Assembly: GCA_030604825.1 (NCBI GenBank)
Contig: JAUVVB010000002.1
Location: forward strand, 27,905-91,904
Reading direction: 5' to 3'
DNA: 64,000 nucleotides
Source: Chloroflexota bacterium
GTDB lineage: Bacteria; Chloroflexota; Dehalococcoidia; E44-bin15
The notes under the pieces are model-generated. The model was not told where the DNA came from. It saw only the letters and a program-made list of their open reading frames with translations, and searched no databases. This document shows, in pieces, positions 10,261 to 19,851 of this stretch (its first letter is position 1; each line of letters opens with the position of its first letter). A program made the translations under genes and the position numbers.

Positions 10261-11325
10261 CTATTCTGCCACTGACTGCCCCCCAAACCAGCAGCCTGGA
10301 TCTGAGGCGAGCATATCTCCCGTTTCCTCGTAAGCTCTCCCCCTACAACCGGCACAGACCTCCTTATAGTCACATCTACCACAGTCACCCTTTAGTAGAT
10401 CCCTGCAGCGGAGCTGAGCAAGTATTGGTGATTCCTGCCATATCTCCCTGACGCCGCTCTTCTTTACGTTGCCGAGGTTTATCTGCAGCAACATGCAGGG
10501 GTTAACTTCCCCGCTGGCCCGCACAACCAGATAGCCTAAGGGCATCCCCGCGGCACATCCCCTGCCATAATACGGTATCCTCGCCAGATGCTCCATTGGG
10601 ATGTGCTTTGGCCTGATCTGTCTTTGCTTCAGGATTAGCGGGTACATGGGGCAGGCGGGAACTCTTATCACAATAGGACAATCTACTTGTGCTTCAGCAA
10701 GCCACTTCATCACATCTCGCCGCTCCTCAATGCTCAGCACCTGGTCCCGGCATTCCCTTTTAGCCCTGCCAGCCAGCACCAAATCAAAGAATTCGGCAGC
10801 CTCGGCGCCGCTGTCTATGGCGAGACGGAGCATTTCCGGTAGCTGGGACAGCGTTGGTTTTCTTATCACCATGTTGAACTGGAATGGCAGCCCCTCTGCC
10901 TTGCACGACGATGCTCCAGCAAGGGCCTCTGCCAAGGCGCCGTCCTTGCCCCGGAACCAGTCGTGGGTTTCAGCGTCGGCTCCATCAATCGAGATGGCTA
11001 CCGAGCGGATACCCGAACTTAACAATCCCCTTGCCGTTGCCCTGTCGATCATAGTGCCATTGCTGCCGATAACCGTCCTTATCCCTTTGCCCGAGGCATA
11101 GCGAGCGACCTCAAAGAAGTCCTCTCGACACAGCGGTTCTCCTCCGTCAAATATGAGCAGCCCTATGTCCCAACCTGCCAGGTCATCAACGAGCTTCAAG
11201 GACTCCTCGGTCGGCAGATCCTCGTTCCCCGAATCTTCCGTGGATTCGCTATAGCAATGCCGGCAGGCCAGGTTACACTTGCTGGTGATGCTGTACGAGA
11301 CTAAGAGTGGCGGCGGTATATCCAT
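10261..11325 (-). CDS. radical SAM/SPASM domain protein
   Basis: CNLACRHC, GGEPL, GCAAG, CGRCDYKEVCAGCRGRA. Confidence 0.9.
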   Translation of the reverse strand: MDIPPPLLVSYSITSKCNLACRHCYSESTEDSGNEDLPTEESLKLVDDLAGWDIGLLIFDGGEPLCREDFFEVARYASGKGIRTVIGSNGTMIDRATARGLLSSGIRSVAISIDGADAETHDWFRGKDGALAEALAGASSCKAEGLPFQFNMVIRKPTLSQLPEMLRLAIDSGAEAAEFFDLVLAGRAKRECRDQVLSIEERRDVMKWLAEAQVDCPIVIRVPACPMYPLILKQRQIRPKHIPMEHLARIPYYGRGCAAGMPLGYLVVRASGEVNPCMLLQINLGNVKKSGVREIWQESPILAQLRCRDLLKGDCGRCDYKEVCAGCRGRAYEETGDMLASDPGCWFGGQSVAE

Positions 11326-11673
11326 CTGATTCCTCCTCTATTCCTGGGCTGACTCAAAAGGGGCATCAAAAGTCGCCGATTTCTTGCTGTATCCTACCTC
11401 TCAGGTGCGTCTTTAGTCAATCCTACACCTGGCAGCCTTGCGGGGCAATCTAGGTAACTAGGGGGGCTGTGCGGCGTTTTTGGCCTCCGCAATAGGCCCT
11501 CATCGGCAGTTACCCATCTGGAAGAATTGAACAAGATGCCCCAATGTTACATTCACCTAGGACAAAATAGTGCATGAACGTCGCCAATTGGCTGCTGAGT
11601 TCTAGGGGAATTGACAGTTGCGGGTCGTAGGGCTAGGATTGGTGTAAACAGTGATCGGGGCCGGGCAAATATC

Positions 11674-12537
11674 ATGAGCAAAGTTGCGATTATGACCGAC
11701 AGCAGTGCTTGCATCCCACAGGAGCTGGAAAGCAAGTATGATATTGCCGTTGTGCCGCTGCTGATAGTCTTTGAAGACAAGAGCTACCGAGACGGGGTAG
11801 ACATGAGTGCCGACGAGGTTTACCGGCTTATGCGAAATAGGGATAAGCTGCCTACCACCTCAGTTCCATCACCAGCGGATTTCCTCGAGGTCTATCGCCA
11901 GCTGAGACAGAAGACGGAAAGCATCCTTTGCATCACCCTTTCCAGTGTGCAAAGCAAAACTTTTGACGTAGCGGTGATAGCTAAGGAGATGGCCAAAGAG
12001 GCGATACCAAACACTGCTATAGAGGTCATTGACAGCCGAACCGTTGCCGGCGCTCTGGGGTTTGTCGTCCTCGAGGCAGCTCGTGTTGCCAGCCAGGGTG
12101 CAGATATAGCTCAGGTGGCTGAGGCTGCTCGAAGCATGATACCCAGGGTAAACCTCATTGCTATGCTGGATACCCTCTATTATCTGGCAAAGGGCGGTCG
12201 CGTTGGCAAGGCATCAGCCTGGGCTGGATCCCTGTTGAATTTCAAGCCGATCCTGGAGCTTCCTACCTCTACGGGAAGTACCGAGGCTTTGGAGCGCCCT
12301 AGGACCAAAGCCAAGGCGGTAAAGCGCCTGCTGGAGATAATGGCAGAGAGGGTTGGGGACTCCCCGGTGCATGTCCTGGTGCACCATGCCGGGGTGCCTG
12401 AGGAGGGGGAGCAGCTTAAAGCTCAGGTGGCGTCAAGATTCAACTGTGCTGAGCTCTATCTCACCAGGTTCACCCCAATGATGGGGGCTCATACCGGCCC
12501 TGGGGTGCTGGGCCTCTCCTTCTACGCTGAGATCTGA
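11674..12537 (+). CDS. DegV family fatty-acid binding protein
   Basis: VAIMTDSS, PTTSVPS, IDSR, YLAKGGR, GAHTGPG. Confidence 0.95.
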   Translation: MSKVAIMTDSSACIPQELESKYDIAVVPLLIVFEDKSYRDGVDMSADEVYRLMRNRDKLPTTSVPSPADFLEVYRQLRQKTESILCITLSSVQSKTFDVAVIAKEMAKEAIPNTAIEVIDSRTVAGALGFVVLEAARVASQGADIAQVAEAARSMIPRVNLIAMLDTLYYLAKGGRVGKASAWAGSLLNFKPILELPTSTGSTEALERPRTKAKAVKRLLEIMAERVGDSPVHVLVHHAGVPEEGEQLKAQVASRFNCAELYLTRFTPMMGAHTGPGVLGLSFYAEI

Positions 12538-12599
12538 CCTAATGGCAAGTATCCCAAGCGATGAGCCCTGGCAGCCGTCCCTTTGCAGAGCGCTGCAAT

Positions 12600-12645
12600 A
12601 TGTATGATGTCGTGGTAATGCAGGCTGGGCCTGCCGGTGCCTTCA
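12600..12645 (+). pseudogene. remnant N-terminus of an FAD-dependent oxidoreductase
   Basis: Reads MYDVVVMQAGPAGA, a degenerate MYDVVVxGAGPAG, with no recognisable continuation. Confidence 0.35.
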
Positions 12646-12859
12646 TCCAACTCGTCGGCACCGCTTGCGGGGTGGCACACCCATAGGGCACAACTCTAGG
12701 TTGAAAGTAGTGCGCGGCAATGATATACTTCGATTTTGGAGGTTCTCCAAGAAGGGGCTTGAGGGAAACATGCTCGATATCAAGTATTTCAAGCCGCTTT
12801 AGCACCCTTTCCTTCTAGACCGATTATCTTTCCCTCTCTTGGAGCTGTTGTCACTAATA

Positions 12860-12880
12860 AGACAGCCCTAGGCTGTCTTA
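12860..12880. terminator. hairpin downstream of pilin 1
   Basis: AAGACAGCC-cta-GGCTGTCTT inverted repeat. Confidence 0.5.
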
Positions 12881-12913
12881 TCTCCTCTGATATTATGCGT
12901 TTACCCTTTGGCC

Positions 12914-13273
12914 TCACTCGCAGGGGCAATTCTCGGTGTCGTTGGGGACCACCTTTCCATTGGCCTCGATCTTCCAGTCGCAGTTGGCGTCGCTACCGGG
13001 CCTTTGGTCTATGTAGCCACCTATCAGCTTTTCATAGTCGATATCTCCAGTGTTGCCATCCACAGTGGGCCAGGCGCCGTCGTTCTTCATGTAGTAAGCG
13101 GCCACCGCTGTCTGAAGGGAAGATGCATCAGCCTCACAGGCTCGTGTCGCGCTCCTGCCTAAAAACATGGTCACGCTCAGGGCAACCATGCCCAACAGCA
13201 CTGCTATTATGCTTATCACGATGAGCAGCTCAACCAGGGTGAATCCCTTTTTTCTCCCGAGGTGCTTGAGCAA
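12914..13273 (-). CDS. type IV pilin 1
   Basis: KKG/FTLVELLIV class III signal; likely TTG start after GGAGG. Confidence 0.9.
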   Translation of the reverse strand: MLKHLGRKKGFTLVELLIVISIIAVLLGMVALSVTMFLGRSATRACEADASSLQTAVAAYYMKNDGAWPTVDGNTGDIDYEKLIGGYIDQRPGSDANCDWKIEANGKVVPNDTENCPCE

Positions 13274-13349
13274 TCGGCCTCCCCGCGTACTAATATTACC
13301 ATATCTGTGGGTACCGTTTCCAGTTCGAAAGCACAGTGCTGGACACAAG

Positions 13350-13378
13350 AGCAGCAACCCGCGCTGCGGGTTGCTGCT
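13350..13378. terminator. 13-bp perfect hairpin (copy A)
   Basis: AGCAGCAACCCGC-gct-GCGGGTTGCTGCT. Confidence 0.6.
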
Positions 13379-13460
13379 GCATTGATATGTGGGCGGCGCC
13401 CCCGCTCACATACAACCTTCGGCTAATAACCTCTCATCTCATCCACTGCGCCGGGTCATT

Positions 13461-13559
13461 TTACCAGGCCTTCATCACTCGCGGCCGTTTCATCTTCAGG
13501 CCCAGCACAGTTCCCGTGGCCACCGCAACAAGTAAGGCCAAACCTATCCACCTTTTCAT
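13461..13559 (-). CDS. 32-aa hydrophobic peptide, copy A
   Basis: GAAGGAGG RBS; MKRWIGLALLVAVATGTVLGLKMKRPRVMKAW; same length in the second copy. Confidence 0.6.
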   Translation of the reverse strand: MKRWIGLALLVAVATGTVLGLKMKRPRVMKAW

Positions 13560-13645
13560 CTATCGCCTCCTTCATCCTCAAGCACCGCGTTAACGGGGGC
13601 TTCAGACTGAACAGTGTGCCCCCCTTGCTTTTGCTAAGGACTATG

Positions 13646-14029
13646 CTAGTCGCAGGGGCAGTTAACGGTGTCGTTGTTGTCGACAATCCCATTGGCATCG
13701 AATTGCCAGTCGCAGTTGGTATCGCTTTTCGGGGTCTCAAGCGCGTAACCGGGAGCCAGCAGGTTCCAGTCAATGTCTCCTGGAGCAGTACCAAGTGTGC
13801 TGGGCCAGCTGCCCTCGTTGCCCGCATAGTAGGCCAGCACCGCTCCCTGTAGGGAGCGCTTGTCGGCCTGGCAAACCTGGCTCTCGCCTGCCCCCAGGAA
13901 TCCGGTGAGGCTCAGCGCAACCACTGCCACCAGCACGGCGATGATGCTCATCACGATCAACAGCTCGATGAGGGTGAAGCCACGCTTGACTCCCATTCGT
14001 CTGAAGCCCCTTTGCTTCAGCCTTTTCAT
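13646..14029 (-). CDS. type IV pilin 2
   Basis: KRG/FTLIELLIV; GGAGG RBS; C-terminal cysteines. Confidence 0.92.
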   Translation of the reverse strand: MKRLKQRGFRRMGVKRGFTLIELLIVMSIIAVLVAVVALSLTGFLGAGESQVCQADKRSLQGAVLAYYAGNEGSWPSTLGTAPGDIDWNLLAPGYALETPKSDTNCDWQFDANGIVDNNDTVNCPCD

Positions 14030-14058
14030 CTCGCAACCTCCTTCCTAGTTGCTTTTCT

Positions 14059-14126
14059 TTATCCAATTTTGTATAATATTATCATCTTTTCAGTACCAAA
14101 GTACCACTGAGGTATAAATCTGTCAA
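14059..14126 (-). promoter_or_regulatory. pilin 2 promoter and AT-rich periodic motif
   Basis: TTGACA-17-TACTTT then GATAA-TATTA-TACAA-AATTG-GATAA; conserved upstream of pilin 3. Confidence 0.55.
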
Positions 14127-14270
14127 TCGGGAATTAGTCCTAGGTCTGTGGCCTTATCTTCCTTGATGGGAGTTACTACGTGGGGTTGAGGCGCCAGCGG
14201 CAGGAAAGTTTGTATGCTGCTACGTAGGAGAGAGGATGGGCGTATAATGGCCTAACCCTGCAGGGGGAGG

Positions 14271-14760
14271 ATGGAGATGGCAGAAAACAGGGTTTACCTA
14301 GGTGAATACGGCATAATCCGCATGGTATGCATTGGCGACCAGGACGAGGCCAGCGCCAGGGCGATGGCGGAGGAGATGCTGAGGATTTCAAAGACCGTTT
14401 CTGGCCCTCCTAGGGTGCTTTTCGACACCACCAGGGCGGGCAGGTTCTCGGTTGAGGCCAGGCAGCTTGCTGCCCGCTCTTTGAACATGGCCAAGGGAGG
14501 CAGGGCGGCGGTCATCGCCCCATCCATGCCCATGCGAGCCCTGGGACTTTTCATAGCGGCTGGCAGAGGGGCCCAAAACGTGAGGGTCTTTGAGACGGAA
14601 AGGGAAGCCCTGAGCTGGCTGCATGAGCCGGTGAAGCCCTCTCAGCGGCGAGGCATCGCTTTTTACAGCCTGTTGATGGCCTTTTTTGGGATGAGATGGC
14701 TCAGGATCAAGGAACGCTGGCTCAGGGAGGTGTTTGATGTCCTGGGAAGCGTTGCCATGG
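14271..14760 (+). pseudogene. truncated duplicate of the histidine kinase N-terminus
   Basis: Matches 15741-16230, breaks after ...SVAMG and reads into the repeat unit until stop at 14981. Confidence 0.85.
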
Positions 14761-14800
14761 GGTACCACTTCGAATTCGAAAGCACAGTGCTGGACACAAG

Positions 14801-14829
14801 AGCAGCAACCCGCAGCGCGGGTTGCTGCT
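14801..14829. terminator. 13-bp perfect hairpin (copy B)
   Basis: AGCAGCAACCCGC-agc-GCGGGTTGCTGCT. Confidence 0.6.
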
Positions 14830-14906
14830 GCATTGATATGTGGGCGGCGCCTCCGCTCACATATAACCTTCGGCTAATAACCTCTCATCTCATCCACTGC
14901 GCCGGG

Positions 14907-15005
14907 TTACCAGCTTTTCATCACTCGGGCACGTCTTATCTTCAGGCCCAGCACAGTTCCCGTGGCCACCGCAACAAGTAAGGCCAAACCTATCCACCTT
15001 TTCAT
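14907..15005 (-). CDS. 32-aa hydrophobic peptide, copy B
   Basis: MKRWIGLALLVAVATGTVLGLKIRRARVMKSW with GAAGGAGG RBS. Confidence 0.6.
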   Translation of the reverse strand: MKRWIGLALLVAVATGTVLGLKIRRARVMKSW

Positions 15006-15089
15006 CTCTCGCCTCCTTCATTCTCAAGCACCGCGTTAATGGGGTCTTCAGACTAGGCTAAATGGTGTGCATATGACCTACTGCAAACC

Positions 15090-15500
15090 TTACTCGCATG
15101 AGGGAACGTCAGCTTTGCAGGGGCAGTTAGCGTTGTGGTTGCACACAATCCCGTCCACCTTGACATACCAGCCACAGTTAGTATCACTGCCCGGCGTATC
15201 AAGCACGTACGTAGGCTTCAACAGGGTGAAGTTGATAGCCTGTGGGGTACCTGTCGTGGGCTGGGTGGTAGACGGCCAGCTGCCATTGTTACCCGTGTAG
15301 TAGGCCAGCACCACTGACTGGAGCGAGCGCTGGTCGGCCTGGCAAACCTGTTCCTTGCCTGCGCCCAGGAAGCCGGTGAGGCTCAGCGCAACCACCGCTA
15401 CCAGCACGGCGATGATGCTCATCACGATCAACAGCTCGATGAGGGTGAAGCCGCGCTTGCCTCCAACTCGCCTGAAGCCCCTTTGCTTCAGCCTTTTCAT
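15090..15500 (-). CDS. type IV pilin 3
   Basis: KRG/FTLIELLIV; N-terminal half almost identical to pilin 2. Confidence 0.92.
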   Translation of the reverse strand: MKRLKQRGFRRVGGKRGFTLIELLIVMSIIAVLVAVVALSLTGFLGAGKEQVCQADQRSLQSVVLAYYTGNNGSWPSTTQPTTGTPQAINFTLLKPTYVLDTPGSDTNCGWYVKVDGIVCNHNANCPCKADVPSCE

Positions 15501-15740
15501 CCTGCAACCTCCTTCCTACTTGCTTTTCTTTATCCAATATTGTATAATATTATCATCTTTTCACTACCAAAATAGCACCGAGGTATAAAACAGTCAATGA
15601 GGAATTAGTCCCGGGGTTGTGGCCCTATTGTACCTGATGGAAGTTACTGCTCGGGGTTGAGGCGCCAGCGGAACAAAGTGCGTATACTGTTGCATGAGAG
15701 GGAGGATGGGCGTATAATGCTCTCACCCTGCCGGGGGGAG

Positions 15741-17540
15741 ATGGAGATGGCAGAAAACAGGGTTTATCTGGACGAAGAGGGCATACTCCGCATCGTATGC
15801 ATTGGCGACCAGGACGAAACCAGCGCCAGAGCGATGGTGGAGGAGAGGCTGAGGATTGCAAAGACCGTTTCTGGCCCTCCAAGGGTGCTCCTCGACACCA
15901 CCAAAGCAGGCAGGTTCTCGGTTGAGGCTAGGCAGCTTGCTGCCCAGTCCCTGAACATGGCCAAGGAAAGCAGGGCGGCGGTCATCGCCTCATCCATGCC
16001 CATGCGAGCCCTGGGGCTTTTCATAGCGGGCGAGAGGGGAGCCCAAAACGTGAGGGTCTTTGGGACGGAAAGGGAAGCCCTGAGCTGGCTGCGTGAGCCG
16101 GTGAAGCGCTCTCGGCGGCGAGGCATCGCTTTTTATAGCCTGTTGATGGCCCCTTTCAGGATGAGATGGCTCAGGATCAAGGAACGCTGGCTCAAGGAGA
16201 TGTTTGATGTCCTGGGAGGCGTCGCCATGGGGGATTTCTCCAAGAGGATAGCGGTTTCCCGCCATCAGGATGAGCTTACCCTGATCGAAGCCGGGATCAA
16301 TTTGATGGCCGATGACCTGGAAGATAGGGAAAGAGAGGCCAAGGAGTATGAGAGGAGGCTGGAGGAGTACTCTCAGGGGCTGGAGCTAAAGGTGGAGGAG
16401 AGGACGCAGGAGCTGCTGCGGCGCAACCGGGAGCTTGCTGCCCTCAATGCCATCGCTGCCGTTGCCAGCCAGTCCCTCGACCTTCACGAGGTCCTCAACG
16501 CTACCCTGGACAAGATATTGGAGGTGATGGCGGCGCAGGGTGGCACCATTTACCTCCTGGACGAAAAGGGCGAAGAGCTGGTGCTGGCCGCTCATCGGGG
16601 TCTGTCCGATGAGACGTTAAGGTATGCCCGGCGGATAACGGTGGATGCCAATGCCTTGGGGCAGGCAACCTCGGGGCAGATGGCTAGTGGGGACGCTCTT
16701 TCGGACTATGCCCCTTACCACACCGCTATTGCCGCCTCGCTGGCAAAGGAGCCCCTCCCCCTGGCCAGCGTTGCCCTGAGGGCTAAGGGGAAGTGGCTCG
16801 GGTTGCTCCATGTCCTCACCGGCCATGAGCTGAGCGCTGAGGAGAAGCAGTTGCTCCTTTCCATTGCCAACCAGATGGCAGTATCCATAGAGAACGCCAG
16901 CCTTTATAAGAACGTGCGCAAGCTGGCTCTCATCGAGGAGAGGACCCGCCTCGCCCGGGAGCTGCATGACTCCGTTTCCCAGCTCCTCTTCAGCGTGGTG
17001 CTGAACTCCGAGGCGGCCAGCGCTACGGTTAAAAGCAACCCTGAGCTTGCCAAGAGCTGCATCCATTCCGTTCAGACGAGTGCCCATGAGGCTCGGGAGC
17101 AGATGCGAAACCTGCTCATCGAGCTGCGCCTCGATGAGCTGGCAGAGGGGCTGAGTGCGGCATTGGCTACGTATGTCGCCAAGTTCCAGGAGAGGGAAGG
17201 GATCGAAGTGACCTTCTCTGTGGAGGGGGAGAGGCCGGTGTCAGGCTTCATAGAGAGGGAGCTTTTCCGCATTGCCCAGGAAGCGCTGAACAACATCGCC
17301 AAACATTCCCGGGCAAATTCGGCCCTGATGAAGCTTCGCTTTTACCCCGACCGCCTTCGGCTCAAGGTGGAGGACGATGGCATCGGTTTTGACCTCGCCA
17401 AATTGGGAGGGACAGGTCTCGGGCTTACCACCATGAAGGAGCGGGCTGAGGGCATCAAGGGCAGGCTTGAGGTAGAGTCAGCCCCGGGAAAGGGGACCAG
17501 GGTCACCGTGGAAGTACCTTTGGAGGAGGGTCATGGATAA
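15741..17540 (+). CDS. sensor histidine kinase (SpoIIAA-like, HAMP-like, GAF, HisKA_3, HATPase)
   Basis: ERTRLARELHDSVSQ, RIAQEALNNIAKHS, EDDGIGF, GLGL; GAF segment; start chosen by match to the duplicate. Confidence 0.92.
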   Translation: MEMAENRVYLDEEGILRIVCIGDQDETSARAMVEERLRIAKTVSGPPRVLLDTTKAGRFSVEARQLAAQSLNMAKESRAAVIASSMPMRALGLFIAGERGAQNVRVFGTEREALSWLREPVKRSRRRGIAFYSLLMAPFRMRWLRIKERWLKEMFDVLGGVAMGDFSKRIAVSRHQDELTLIEAGINLMADDLEDREREAKEYERRLEEYSQGLELKVEERTQELLRRNRELAALNAIAAVASQSLDLHEVLNATLDKILEVMAAQGGTIYLLDEKGEELVLAAHRGLSDETLRYARRITVDANALGQATSGQMASGDALSDYAPYHTAIAASLAKEPLPLASVALRAKGKWLGLLHVLTGHELSAEEKQLLLSIANQMAVSIENASLYKNVRKLALIEERTRLARELHDSVSQLLFSVVLNSEAASATVKSNPELAKSCIHSVQTSAHEAREQMRNLLIELRLDELAEGLSAALATYVAKFQEREGIEVTFSVEGERPVSGFIERELFRIAQEALNNIAKHSRANSALMKLRFYPDRLRLKVEDDGIGFDLAKLGGTGLGLTTMKERAEGIKGRLEVESAPGKGTRVTVEVPLEEGHG

Positions 17541-18177
17541 GATCAGCGTTCTCATCGTGGATGACCATCCTGTGGTAAGGGAGGGACTGTGCAGCTTCCT
17601 AGAGCTTCACCAGGACCTGGAGGTGGTGGGCGAAGCGGGCGACGGCGTGGAGGCCGTGGAGAAGGTGGGAGAGCTTTTGCCCGATGTGGTGCTTATGGAC
17701 CTGGTTATGCCCAGGATGGATGGCATAGCCGCCATCCGCCAGATCAGGGCGCTCAGCCCCAGCACCCGCATCCTGGTGCTTACCAGCTTCGCTGACGATG
17801 ACAAGGTTTTCCCCGCCGTCAAGGCAGGTGCCCATGGCTACCTGATGAAGGACATCAGGCCCGCCGACCTGGCAGAGTCAATTCGCTCAGCCTACCGCGG
17901 AGAGCCAACCCTCCATCCCCAGATCGCCAGGAAATTGATGGAGCAGCTATCCGGGAGGGAGGGTGAGGTTCCCGGGGAGAGATTGACCGCCCGTGAGGGC
18001 GATGTTTTGCGCCTCATCGCCAGGGGCAACAGCAATAAGGAGATCGCCCACCAGCTGGTGATCAGCGAAAAGACGGTAAAGACCCATGTGAGCAACATCC
18101 TGCAAAAGCTTCACCTCGCCGACCGCACCCAGGCTGCGCTTTATGCTGTCCGCCAGCGGATAGCAGAGGGCGAGTAG
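17533..18177 (+). CDS. NarL/LuxR family response regulator
   Basis: IVDDHPVVREG, DVVLMD, LTARE...SNKEIA...TVKTHV. Confidence 0.96.
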   Translation: MDKISVLIVDDHPVVREGLCSFLELHQDLEVVGEAGDGVEAVEKVGELLPDVVLMDLVMPRMDGIAAIRQIRALSPSTRILVLTSFADDDKVFPAVKAGAHGYLMKDIRPADLAESIRSAYRGEPTLHPQIARKLMEQLSGREGEVPGERLTAREGDVLRLIARGNSNKEIAHQLVISEKTVKTHVSNILQKLHLADRTQAALYAVRQRIAEGE

Positions 18178-18190
18178 ATAACCCCTGGGG

Positions 18191-18973
18191 TCATCCTCCA
18201 ACCAGAGCAAGGTACCAGTGGCTCATCGCCTCCCCCCAGATGATGGTAACCATGGCTGCCGTGGCCAGGAAGGGGCCGAAGGGGATGGCTTCCTTTAGCC
18301 CTCTCACCCTGGTTAGCAGCAGGATTATGGCCACCAGCCCTCCACCAAGGATCGCCAGGAAGAGGGAGATGAAAACGAGCGGGAAGCCGGTGGCCAATCC
18401 CACCAGCCCTGCCAGCTTTACATCCCCTCCCCCCATGCCCCCCCGGGAGATTAGATAGGGTATGAGCATCAGGCCAAAGGCTATTGCCCCGCCTAAAAGG
18501 GCACTGAGGGCGCTGATCTCGGGCCAGAAGAAGGTCAGGCCAAGCTTGGACCAGAAGAATGAGAAGAGGAAGGCCAGCGCCATCCCCGGATAGACAACGT
18601 TGTCCAGGATCAGCTCATGCTCTAAGTCGATGACGATGATCATCAGGAATAGGGAGGCGTAGATGAGGGCCATGGCAAGCTGGGGGCTGAGGCCATATTT
18701 CCAGGTGAGGAGGGCGAAGAGCAGGGCGGTCCCGAGTTCCACGATGGGAAGCCGAGGGGAGATGCGGGCGCCGCAGTAGCGGCAGCGACCGCGAAGCCAC
18801 AGGTAGCTGAAGAGGGGCACCAGGTCCTTGGCCCTCAGCCTTTGGTGACAGGCGTCGCAGTGGGAGGGGGGTCTGATTATGGATTTACCCTGGGGAAGGC
18901 GATCCATGCACAGGTTTAGGAAGCTGCCTAAAGCAAGTCCAAGGAGGGCGAAGATGGGTATGGCAGCGCTCAT
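18191..18973 (-). CDS. pilD: prepilin peptidase
   Basis: GSFLN, SHCDAC, GRCRYC, MGGGDVKL, IPFGPFL. Confidence 0.95.
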   Translation of the reverse strand: MSAAIPIFALLGLALGSFLNLCMDRLPQGKSIIRPPSHCDACHQRLRAKDLVPLFSYLWLRGRCRYCGARISPRLPIVELGTALLFALLTWKYGLSPQLAMALIYASLFLMIIVIDLEHELILDNVVYPGMALAFLFSFFWSKLGLTFFWPEISALSALLGGAIAFGLMLIPYLISRGGMGGGDVKLAGLVGLATGFPLVFISLFLAILGGGLVAIILLLTRVRGLKEAIPFGPFLATAAMVTIIWGEAMSHWYLALVGG

Positions 18974-19842
18974 AATGCCCTGAGCACCAGGCCCATGTTC
19001 ACCATGAAATCGGCAACTGGCAACTCGGAAGGGTAGTGCAGGGGTGGGTCCAGGGGCTCTAGGGGACGCCCGGTAAGGGTGGCCACATTTATGGCGAAGG
19101 CCACGCTTGCAGCAACGGCGCCAGTGAGGTACATGGGAATATCGGGGTTCAGCGGCTCATCGCGGTGGCTTTCGTTGTACTGCGATATGGTGCGCACCAG
19201 CTCATCGCTCATCCGCCCCACGGCGTAGTCGGGGGCGACCATCTCCTCGCTGAGGAAGGAGCTGCGAATAAGCTCGGGGACATCATCGAGCACGATAACC
19301 GACTCCACGCTATTGCTCTCCCCGTTGCCAATGATGCCATCCCTTCGATTCACCGCCATCATCAGCGCCAGCGGCTTGAGGTCGATAATGCTGGCTCTTA
19401 GCCCCGCCAGCTGCATGGTTCTCATCAGCGCGTCGAGGGGTTCCTTGGGAACGGTGACTATGAAAACCTGCTGTTGGGCGCCTTTCAAGGGCAAGGCTTG
19501 CCAATGGAGGTAGCTATCCTCCAGGGTATCCCCTAGGATCCTCCTTGCCTCCCGTTGCACGATGTCCTCTAGCTGTTTTACCTCTACCTTGGGCAGGCTC
19601 AGAATTCGTGAGGTGGTACCCACTGCGGAGAGGGCGCAGACTAGCTGGCCTTTGGCGAACTTCCTCTCTGCCAGGACATTCTTTACCACCTCTGCCAGCC
19701 CTTCAGGGTCGGCCACATAGCCCCTTCTGAGGAACTGCGGGTTAAAGGGGGTGCTATCCCATGCCTCCACCGTATCGCCACGGGCGCTTAATATCCTCAC
19801 CGTGTTTCCTTCAATGCTTAGCGATAGGATGCGCTTGGCCAC
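18970..19842 (-). CDS. pilM: PilM-like pilus assembly protein
   Basis: Actin-like layout (IIDLKPLAL, MYLTG) and operon position. Confidence 0.8.
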   Translation of the reverse strand: MAKRILSLSIEGNTVRILSARGDTVEAWDSTPFNPQFLRRGYVADPEGLAEVVKNVLAERKFAKGQLVCALSAVGTTSRILSLPKVEVKQLEDIVQREARRILGDTLEDSYLHWQALPLKGAQQQVFIVTVPKEPLDALMRTMQLAGLRASIIDLKPLALMMAVNRRDGIIGNGESNSVESVIVLDDVPELIRSSFLSEEMVAPDYAVGRMSDELVRTISQYNESHRDEPLNPDIPMYLTGAVAASVAFAINVATLTGRPLEPLDPPLHYPSELPVADFMVNMGLVLRAL

Positions 19843-19851
19843 GAATCCCTC

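Larger units (their letters stand above)
13309..14760. repeat. tandem duplication unit A
   Basis: Near-identical to 14761-16230 except for the pilin 3' half and its downstream spacer. Confidence 0.9.
14761..16230. repeat. tandem duplication unit B
   Basis: Offset of about 1450-1470 nt from unit A. Confidence 0.9.

Noticed and set aside
11430-11480. Riboswitch-like stem with a GNRA loop
   Set aside because: Could not be matched to any riboswitch consensus I know.
12914-16230. CRISPR array, shufflon or DGR explaining pilin variation
   Set aside because: No short regularly spaced repeats, no adjacent invertase or reverse transcriptase, and the differences are not adenine-specific.
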